From the IMG/VR virus record IMGVR_UViG_3300045988_015739: 5,396 nucleotides of DNA. One strand, written 5' to 3'. Positions 1 through 4,746 of the stretch are shown piece by piece (position 1 is the first letter of the stretch; the number at the start of each line of letters is the position of its first letter). Made by a program: the position numbers and the translations under genes. Source of the stretch: a virus. The notes under the pieces were generated by a model. It searched no databases. It was not told the DNA's origin and saw nothing but the letters and a program-made list of their open reading frames with translations.

Positions 1-55
1 GGGAGCATAACTATCCTTGCTTGTACCTTGGAGGTTATCTATATTATAGCACTTT
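1..55. repeat. Terminal direct repeat, copy 1. It is identical to 5342..5396 and marks the overlap of a circular genome linearised by assembly; the unit length is 5341 nt.
   Basis: Positions 1-55 (gggagcataactatccttgcttgtaccttggaggttatctatattatagcacttt) are identical base-for-base to 5342-5396. VP4 reads continuously through this junction on the minus strand. Confidence 0.95.
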
Positions 56-603
56 GACCACGTTTTTGCAATACTTTTTGATGTAAAAAGTTGAAAATTA
101 CCGCTCTTTTTATAAGGCTCAATATCGAAAATTGGTAGACCAAATAGAATTGCATGGTAATGTGGCCTTAAAGTTTCAGAACCATACTCACCAGCGGCAA
201 AAAAACGAATCTTGTTTTCCGGGAAATGGCGGCGAAGACGTTTCATCCACAGTTGAAAGTCACGCTTCCTCAAGGTCAAGGCCGGAGCCTGCTTACCAGT
301 ATCAGGGTCGGATGACATAACACGAGGAACATACTTGTCATTATATGTGATGGTCGCAAACCACACCTGGTCCGGGGGATAATACTGAGCCTCAAGCATA
401 CAACGATTGGCCCATTGGCGGGAGTAGTCCAGGCGACAGCCTATACACTTGCCGCAAGGGATTTTAACGGCAGGACCTTGCAACGGAGGACGAATCTGCA
501 AATCTTCCCACACAGAGTCCTTAAAAGGTCGGATAACATAGTGGGTTTTTCCGTTAGGATTCACACCATTGGGGATTCCAATGAGAGGGTAATAGCAAGA
601 CAA
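1..603 (-). CDS. VP4: Replication initiation protein VP4, a rolling-circle HUH endonuclease. This is the N-terminal 201 codons. The protein continues across the circular junction into 5341..4856, giving 362 aa in total.
   Basis: Manual minus-strand translation from the TTG start at 603 gives MSCYYPLIGIPNGVNPNGKTHYVIRPF...KIPCGKCIGCRLDYSRQWANRCMLEAQYYPPDQVWFATITYNDKY...FFAAGEYGSETLRPHYHAILFGLPIFDIEPY... A Shine-Dalgarno GGAGA lies 6 nt upstream, inside the end of the preceding small ORF. The sequence contains a CxxCxxC Zn-finger-like N-terminus, RCR motif 1 (FATITY) and motif 2 HUH (HYHAILF), as in the Microviridae VP4 / phiX174 A family. The frame ends at position 1 with codon CCC and continues in frame with 5341. 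Confidence 0.9.
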   Translation of the reverse strand, partial: MSCYYPLIGIPNGVNPNGKTHYVIRPFKDSVWEDLQIRPPLQGPAVKIPCGKCIGCRLDYSRQWANRCMLEAQYYPPDQVWFATITYNDKYVPRVMSSDPDTGKQAPALTLRKRDFQLWMKRLRRHFPENKIRFFAAGEYGSETLRPHYHAILFGLPIFDIEPYKKSGNFQLFTSKSIAKTWSKCYNIDNLQGTSKDSYAP

Positions 604-606
604 GAG

Positions 607-714
607 TTATCTCCTTCCAAAAATATCACGCAGAAAATCAATCGCTTTCCAAAGAACGTTCTTTGTCAACCAGAGCAAACCAAACATGAGGGCAACCACA
701 AGTAGAGATTCCAT
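607..714 (-). CDS. 35-aa hydrophobic or transmembrane peptide (MESLLVVALMFGLLWLTKNVLWKAIDFLRDIFGRR). It is a candidate lysis or membrane-active protein and may also act as a leader peptide coupled to VP4 translation.
   Basis: The ATG at 714 is preceded by a consensus Shine-Dalgarno, AGGAGGTGAGAAT-ATG. A near-consensus sigma70 promoter lies about 20 nt upstream. The N-terminal 15 residues are uniformly hydrophobic (one TM helix) and are followed by a basic amphipathic tail. The TAA stop at 607-609 is 3 nt before the VP4 TTG start, and the last codons of this ORF (GGA AGG AGA) form the VP4 Shine-Dalgarno. The longer 88-aa version (start 873) in the ORF track lacks a Shine-Dalgarno and would overlap the VP2 3' end and the promoter. 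Confidence 0.55.
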   Translation of the reverse strand: MESLLVVALMFGLLWLTKNVLWKAIDFLRDIFGRR

Positions 715-736
715 ATTCTCACCTCCTCTCAGGTCC

Positions 737-765
737 ATTATACCATACTCTAGGTATGGTGTCAC
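737..765 (-). promoter_or_regulatory. Sigma70-type promoter with extended -10. The -35 GTGACA is at 765..760, the -10 TATAAT is at 742..737, and a TGG sits immediately upstream of the -10. It drives the small-peptide and VP4 transcription unit.
   Basis: Minus-strand sequence cccgaGTGACAccatacctagagtatggTATAATggacctgagaggaggtgagaatATG. The -35 matches 5 of 6 positions, the spacer is 17 nt, the -10 is a perfect TATAAT, and TGn is present upstream. It is correctly placed 14-20 nt upstream of the Shine-Dalgarno and ATG of the 35-aa ORF. Confidence 0.6.
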
Positions 766-799
766 TCGGGCCCTATACATCAAGGAGATAGGGCCCGAG
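765..799. other. Perfect 12-bp GC-rich inverted repeat with an 11-nt loop (CTCGGGCCCTAT-acatcaaggag-ATAGGGCCCGAG) in the VP2-to-VP4 intergenic region. A second 7-bp hairpin (ACCATAC-tctag-GTATGGT, 742..760) is adjacent.
   Basis: Read directly from the sequence. The stem has 12 Watson-Crick pairs with no mismatch. It is not followed by a U-tract on the mRNA strand, so it is not a canonical intrinsic terminator. Candidate roles are a complementary-strand origin hairpin on the ssDNA virion strand, an mRNA 3'-end stabiliser, or an operator. Confidence 0.6.
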
Positions 800-805
800 C
801 GGCTA

Positions 806-1711
806 TCATTTGTACTTCGATAGAACGGCATCCATAGTTTCGTCCCAGCGACCAAAGGAGGAATTCCAAGCACCTTTAGCGCGATCTAAAAGCTTCTTAC
901 CAGAACTAGCTACATCATCAACAACGTCTCCGACATTCTCAGCAATAGCGCCGGGATAATTCCAAACGGAACCAGGGTACATCTTCTTCATATCAAACTC
1001 AGCATCTATACCCATCTGCTTGAGTTCCTTGTTAATCTCACCATTGATACGAGCAACTTCCGTAGAAGTCCAGGACTGGAGCTGATAGCCATACCGCTGA
1101 GCGGCGGCGGCAACCTGAGCATTGATTTTACTGGCCGCAACCTGGGCTTGAGTGTTACTGATGGACGTAGTGGCCTGGAGCTGGGCAATCCAACGACTAG
1201 TAGCGGCGGAGATATTGGCGGTACTGAGCTGAGTCTGGCTATTCAGCTCGGCGGTATATTTAGACATGGCGTTGTACTTCTCAGCGACCGCAAGATTAGT
1301 CTGAGCAGACAAGCGCTGATTCTCCAAGCTCACCTGAGATTGGAGAATGGAACCAAGGATTCCAGCAATGGCGGAGTTAGCAGACGTATCCGTGGACGCA
1401 GTAGCGCCGGAGGTAGTGGCGGCCCCTTGGCCACCGTTTACAGAGAGGACAGGGTTGAGGCCGGCTTTCTTCAAATCAGCAACCTCACGCTGGTGGGCAG
1501 TGCTGGACATACGCTCTTGCCAATCACGGTTAATCTGAGCTTGCTGAGCAGACCAGGCATTGTTTTCGGCGGCGTTCTCTTTGATCATAGCGGCGTACTT
1601 ATCGAACATATCCGACACAGAGGAGCCAGCAGAAGAAGAGCCGCCGGAGCTCCAATTAGGGTTAGAACGACCTCCAATGTCCTGAGAGACTTTTTGAGCG
1701 GAGCTAGGCAT
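806..1711 (-). CDS. VP2: VP2 minor capsid / DNA pilot protein, 301 aa from the ATG at 1711. An in-frame GTG at 1717 gives the 303-aa version shown in the ORF track.
   Basis: Shine-Dalgarno AAGGA lies 9 nt before the ATG at 1711 and only 3 nt before the GTG at 1717. The product has a Ser/Gly-rich N-terminus, a conserved ...REVADLKKAGLNPVLS... motif typical of gokushovirus VP2, and a long Q/A/S/T-rich predicted coiled-coil central region like a pilot protein. It sits immediately downstream of VP1. TGA stop at 806-808. Confidence 0.8.
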   Translation of the reverse strand: MPSSAQKVSQDIGGRSNPNWSSGGSSSAGSSVSDMFDKYAAMIKENAAENNAWSAQQAQINRDWQERMSSTAHQREVADLKKAGLNPVLSVNGGQGAATTSGATASTDTSANSAIAGILGSILQSQVSLENQRLSAQTNLAVAEKYNAMSKYTAELNSQTQLSTANISAATSRWIAQLQATTSISNTQAQVAASKINAQVAAAAQRYGYQLQSWTSTEVARINGEINKELKQMGIDAEFDMKKMYPGSVWNYPGAIAENVGDVVDDVASSGKKLLDRAKGAWNSSFGRWDETMDAVLSKYK

Positions 1712-1729
1712 ATGCACTCATCCTTTCTT

Positions 1730-1758
1730 AAAACGCCCCCTGGAAGCTTCCAGGGGGC
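1730..1758 (-). terminator. Rho-independent terminator or attenuator-like element between VP1 and VP2. A perfect 24-nt palindrome GCCCCCTGGAAG/CTTCCAGGGGGC (1735..1758) is followed on the mRNA strand by GUUUU.
   Basis: Read directly from the sequence. The element begins 12 nt after the VP1 TAA stop. The GC-rich stem is about 10-12 bp with an AGCU loop. The U-tract is short (4 U), consistent with a leaky terminator that would lower VP2 expression relative to VP1, or with an mRNA-stabilising hairpin as in phiX174 intergenic regions. Confidence 0.55.
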
Positions 1759-1770
1759 TTTATGGCAGTT

Positions 1771-3456
1771 TTAATGGTGGTCAATCAGACCGGGGATAGA
1801 ATACAGCGGCATATTACGAGTAGAATAGTTCTGCACGTAAATATCGCAGAAAAACTGGTTAGCGAGATTGTCAGAAACAGCGAGGACACGGTTGATAGTG
1901 GCGGGGTCCTCGTGAATCCAGGCATCAGACAAAGCGGGCATCTTAGAATAATCATCAGCCAAGTGCCAAACATCCAGGGACTGGGCGTAGCTCGAACGCA
2001 TTTCACCAGAAACTCGGGAAGGCTTATAGCGGTAATCAGCCCAAGCTTCCTGATAGCCAAAAACCTCATCGTCCTGAGCATTGCCTTGAGCGTAAATTTC
2101 CTTATTCAACACAGCTTGCTCACCGATATTGGCGAACTCAGGCCAGTAATAGTCAAACATGGACTTACGGGACCAAAAACGCTCAATGCCCTGCTGATAA
2201 GTATGGTCATAACGAGCAACCATAACGCCAATCACAAAACCATGCTCAACAAAGCTTTTAGTGAAATCAGAGTGAACGTCGGTAGTAAGAGACATAGCAC
2301 CAGTATCACCGAGAGGCGTAGAACCGGAAACGGTCCCGGAATTTTGAATAACCTGATTAATACTGACAGGAATACGATTGCCACCAAGATACTCAGGACG
2401 TTGAAGACGAGCATCCGGGGAAGTAACTCCAAAATGGGCCTTAAGGGTCTCAATGTACCGGGAACCACCTCTAGCGCTCCTTTCATAAAATTTTTGGATC
2501 TGGAATGCAGTACGAAGCTGATTGATAGTAGCAACAGAAACAGTGTTATCAAACTGAGCCCAAAGGTTAGCAGGATAACCGACAACGCCATTATCAATGG
2601 TCGGGTCCAAATCGCTATTACCATCTTTCGCAAGCCAATACGCACCACCGAACGCATTCTGATAAACAGAGCCAGCATGATAGCCAGCACCAAAATTGCT
2701 ATTACCATTAGGGATATAAACATTGTACGGATAATTAAGCAAATCCTTAGGAACAGGCTTATCCATCGGTACAACCGGCGCATTGCCAAGCTGGGCAGTA
2801 TTGATGGTCACATCAGGACCTTTCTGAGGAGAAGGGAGACAGGATGTAAAATAATCCCGGAACTTATTTGCAACAAAAGGCTTACCACCTTTGGCAACGT
2901 CAGAGACATAGTTACCAGTATTCACGCCTTGGACAGTAGCATCATCCACGGGGATATTGAGAGGGTCGGTAAGATTCTCAGAGCGAAACCACTCATTCAT
3001 AATAAGGGCGTAAGCTCGGAAGGGGAGAGCGGAAACAGAGAGGCCTTTCACACCAGTAGGGACACCCATATAGTCAGCCAAAGTGCCGACTTCCCAACCA
3101 TTAGCGGGAGCAGTCAGCTGGGGGACCTCATACTCAACCTGGGGAATCCAAGCAGATTCAGTGTTCTCACCCATAAACTGTTTCCAATGTTCCCATACCA
3201 GGCGGTTTGGAACAAAGAAATAATACGTATCAAGATAGACGTTATCCATGACAGGAGTCAAAAGGGTCTGCATACGGACAACTTTGGAAGTACGAACCTG
3301 AAAAGTATCGCCAGGAAGAACCTCATCAACGTAGAAGGGAATCACCTGGCCAGCATTAAAAGTAGTCTTGTGAGAAAAATTGCGAGGAAACTTGGAACGA
3401 GACATATCCAAACGAACAGGGTTAGTAGCAAAACGAGAGTTAGCGTTTCTACTCAT
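1771..3456 (-). CDS. VP1: VP1 major capsid protein (Microviridae F-like, gokushovirus type), 561 aa.
   Basis: The N-terminus is MSRNANSRFATNPVRLDMSRSKFPRNFSHKTTFNAGQVIPFYVDEVLPGDTFQVRTSKVVRMQTLLTPVMDNVYLDTYYFFVPNRLVWEHW..., which is characteristic of Microviridae VP1. The length is typical of gokushovirus VP1 with its large insertion loop. Shine-Dalgarno GAGG lies 8 nt upstream. The ATG overlaps the VP3 stop (TAATG). TAA stop at 1771-1773. Confidence 0.93.
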   Translation of the reverse strand: MSRNANSRFATNPVRLDMSRSKFPRNFSHKTTFNAGQVIPFYVDEVLPGDTFQVRTSKVVRMQTLLTPVMDNVYLDTYYFFVPNRLVWEHWKQFMGENTESAWIPQVEYEVPQLTAPANGWEVGTLADYMGVPTGVKGLSVSALPFRAYALIMNEWFRSENLTDPLNIPVDDATVQGVNTGNYVSDVAKGGKPFVANKFRDYFTSCLPSPQKGPDVTINTAQLGNAPVVPMDKPVPKDLLNYPYNVYIPNGNSNFGAGYHAGSVYQNAFGGAYWLAKDGNSDLDPTIDNGVVGYPANLWAQFDNTVSVATINQLRTAFQIQKFYERSARGGSRYIETLKAHFGVTSPDARLQRPEYLGGNRIPVSINQVIQNSGTVSGSTPLGDTGAMSLTTDVHSDFTKSFVEHGFVIGVMVARYDHTYQQGIERFWSRKSMFDYYWPEFANIGEQAVLNKEIYAQGNAQDDEVFGYQEAWADYRYKPSRVSGEMRSSYAQSLDVWHLADDYSKMPALSDAWIHEDPATINRVLAVSDNLANQFFCDIYVQNYSTRNMPLYSIPGLIDHH

Positions 3457-3989
3457 TATTTGACCTCACTTTCTGCGGGGCTAGCGGTCTGTACCTCCGG
3501 GGGCTTCTGGTCAGGCGTCGAAGGCTTGGTGGGGAGTTGTTCAGGAGATATTGGACTCTGAGAACTGACAATCCCAAGATCTACAAGGGTCTGAGGATTA
3601 TCCAGAGAGGCGAGGAACTTATTGAAATCATGACCGAACTTGGCACGGACCTCAACAGGGAGATGGGTGAAATAGTCCTCAGCACCATGCATGGTATTAA
3701 CCACATCAGCATAGGTGGTAGGAAACTCGGTCAGATCCGCATAGAACATCTGACGCTTTGCAAGAGCAGTCGTATCACCAGCGGCGAAGCGGGCAAGGAT
3801 AACATGGATGTCGGTACTCTCCTTGTGAGACTGGATAAACTGATAAAGAGACTCCTTACCAACCTCTTTGAGCTCCATGTGACCGGAGGAATCAAAGGAA
3901 GGGGAGTAGAGAACCTTATCAGGGTCCCCAGGGTTAATATTAACCCTGGGGTGATCCTCGATGGCCTGAGAAACGGTACGGAACATCAT
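3456..3989 (-). CDS. VP3: VP3 internal scaffolding protein, 177 aa from the ATG at 3989. A TTG at 3992 would add one residue.
   Basis: The position is immediately upstream of VP1 with an overlapping stop and start. The conserved C-proximal pattern ...YADLTEFPTTYADVVNTMHGAEDYFTHLPVEVRAKFGHDFNKFLASLDNPQTLVDLGIV... resembles gokushovirus VP3. The C-terminal tail is Pro/Ser/Thr-rich and low in complexity. Shine-Dalgarno AAGGAGA lies upstream. The ATG is overlapped by the TGA stop of the preceding 44-aa ORF (TGATG). Confidence 0.7.
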   Translation of the reverse strand: MMFRTVSQAIEDHPRVNINPGDPDKVLYSPSFDSSGHMELKEVGKESLYQFIQSHKESTDIHVILARFAAGDTTALAKRQMFYADLTEFPTTYADVVNTMHGAEDYFTHLPVEVRAKFGHDFNKFLASLDNPQTLVDLGIVSSQSPISPEQLPTKPSTPDQKPPEVQTASPAESEVK

Positions 3990-4123
3990 CAAAAATCAAT
4001 CTCCTTTACGACTCGAATATACTCATCAGAGGTAACAACCAACTCCTGGACAGCAACAGCGGTGCGCTTAGCTTCAGGAAGGGTCTTACAAGGGAAAGAA
4101 GCACGGTTACGGCCCTCTTTCAT
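3989..4123 (-). CDS. Hypothetical 44-aa protein (MKEGRNRASFPCKTLPEAKRTAVAVQELVVTSDEYIRVVKEIDF). It is absent from the supplied ORF track.
   Basis: The ATG at 4123 lies 20 nt after the stop of the 81-aa ORF. The open frame exactly fills the 148-nt gap and ends in a TGA that overlaps the VP3 ATG (TGATG), a coupling arrangement that recurs along this operon. The Shine-Dalgarno is weak (GAGA), hence the lower confidence. Confidence 0.4.
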   Translation of the reverse strand: MKEGRNRASFPCKTLPEAKRTAVAVQELVVTSDEYIRVVKEIDF

Positions 4124-4140
4124 AATCTCAACGTAATACA

Positions 4141-4386
4141 TCAGCCTACAACATCCTTTCCGTCCTTGATAAGAACAGGCAACTTTTCAGGGGTCAAAAC
4201 GCCTGTATCAGTATCGAAAGAACCAATACGGAAAAGCTGAAAATCAGAGCGATGCGTAAATAACACATCATGCGACTGCTCAATAGCTGACTCAAAATTA
4301 CGCATAGCAACAGCATCATTACTGCTATAGGTAGGAGCCATAAAGTCAGACTTAATATCACGCATAGAGTAGACAAAAACATTCAT
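4141..4386 (-). CDS. Hypothetical 81-aa non-structural protein. It is the type of small conserved microvirus ORF found between VP4 and the structural genes; a VP5/C-like role is possible.
   Basis: Strong Shine-Dalgarno GGAGGT lies 7 nt before the ATG. The start overlaps the stop of the upstream 71-aa ORF (ATGA). The sequence MNVFVYSMRDIKSDFMAPTYSSNDAVAMRNFESAIEQ...FQLFRIGSFDTDTGVL resembles, from my recollection, small conserved proteins of gokushovirus-like genomes. This is not verified. Confidence 0.6.
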   Translation of the reverse strand: MNVFVYSMRDIKSDFMAPTYSSNDAVAMRNFESAIEQSHDVLFTHRSDFQLFRIGSFDTDTGVLTPEKLPVLIKDGKDVVG

Positions 4387-4598
4387 TTAATATACCTCCA
4401 AAAAATATCACTGGCATGAGTAATGCTCCGAATATCCTCAACAGTATAAGCGCGACAAAAATTATAACAGTCTATCGGGTCATAAGCAGTAACAACAAAC
4501 ATACCGGGAACATCCTTAGACTGTTTAATGGACGGGGACTGAAAACCAAGACGGCGCAAAAGAGCACGCATAGAACGACAAGGAGAAGGCTCTTTCAT
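4383..4598 (-). CDS. Hypothetical 71-aa protein with a basic N-terminal half and a C-terminal half weakly similar to the N-terminus of the 81-aa ORF.
   Basis: Shine-Dalgarno GAGGTGG lies 9 nt before the ATG. The ATG overlaps the stop of the basic 36-aa ORF (ATGA), and the stop overlaps the start of the 81-aa ORF (ATGA). The sequence is MKEPSPCRSMRALLRRLGFQSPSIKQSKDVPGMFVVTAYDPIDCYNFCRAYTVEDIRSITHASDIFWRYIK. Confidence 0.5.
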   Translation of the reverse strand: MKEPSPCRSMRALLRRLGFQSPSIKQSKDVPGMFVVTAYDPIDCYNFCRAYTVEDIRSITHASDIFWRYIK

Positions 4599-4705
4599 AG
4601 CGAAATACCACCTCTAGGAATATACGGGTCAATGTTAATCTTCTTGGCCTTCACGGCAGTGCGGCGGAACTTGGCCTTATCACCTTTACCGGCTCTCTTT
4701 CTCAT
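4595..4705 (-). CDS. 36-aa highly basic protein (MRKRAGKGDKAKFRRTAVKAKKINIDPYIPRGGISL). It is the likely DNA-binding or packaging protein, analogous to phiX174 J or gokushovirus ORF8. It is absent from the supplied ORF track.
   Basis: The ATG at 4705 is preceded by Shine-Dalgarno AGGAGA at 9 nt (gagAGGAGAttgagttttATG). Of the first 22 residues, 10 are K or R. The size and charge match the small basic DNA-condensing proteins of Microviridae. The stop overlaps the next ORF's ATG (ATGA). Confidence 0.6.
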   Translation of the reverse strand: MRKRAGKGDKAKFRRTAVKAKKINIDPYIPRGGISL

Positions 4706-4746
4706 AAAACTCAATCTCCTCTCTTAACCACATAGCGGCAAATCTA

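Noticed and set aside
132-705. + strand ORFs 132..320 and 415..705
   Set aside because: They are antisense to the VP4 N-terminal region, whose sense frame carries unmistakable Rep motifs.
765-799. Interpretation of the 12-bp hairpin as an intrinsic terminator for VP2
   Set aside because: On the mRNA strand it is followed by UGACACC rather than a U-tract. It is kept as a structural or origin candidate instead.
607-873. 88-aa version of the small ORF starting at 873
   Set aside because: The upstream part overlaps the VP2 3' end, the 12-bp hairpin and the promoter, and has no Shine-Dalgarno. The internal ATG at 714 has a consensus Shine-Dalgarno and sits downstream of the promoter, so the 35-aa product is preferred.
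1006-1188. 60-aa minus-strand ORF inside VP2, in an alternative frame
   Set aside because: It has no Shine-Dalgarno. Its composition is Pro/Arg/Leu-rich as expected from a frame shift of a GC-rich coiled-coil region. It is a likely artefact.
1715-1717. GTG at 1717 as the VP2 start, and TTG at 3992 as the VP3 start
   Set aside because: The Shine-Dalgarno spacing is 3 nt for GTG at 1717 versus 9 nt for ATG at 1711. For VP3, the TGATG stop-start overlap with the upstream 44-aa ORF favours ATG at 3989. Both alternative starts remain possible.
1148-1774. 208-aa + strand ORF, and the similar 199-aa ORF at 3537..4136
   Set aside because: Both are antisense to VP2 and VP3 and arise from the same third-position codon bias. 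They are not credible genes.
2232-2789. 185-aa extremely hydrophobic minus-strand ORF inside VP1, and the 98-aa ORF at 1785..2081
   Set aside because: These are alternative frames of VP1. Hydrophobicity follows from T-rich second codon positions, which are the third positions of VP1. No independent start signal is present. An embedded phiX174 E-like gene cannot be excluded but is not supported.
1762-3561. 599-aa ORF on the + strand
   Set aside because: It is exactly antisense to and codon-aligned with VP1. It is stop-free only because VP1 lacks TTA, CTA and TCA codons. The product is low-complexity and not protein-like, and it has no Shine-Dalgarno context.
4416-4727. 103-aa + strand ORF
   Set aside because: It is antisense to the coupled small-ORF cluster, and those ORFs have Shine-Dalgarno sequences and start-stop overlaps supporting the minus strand.
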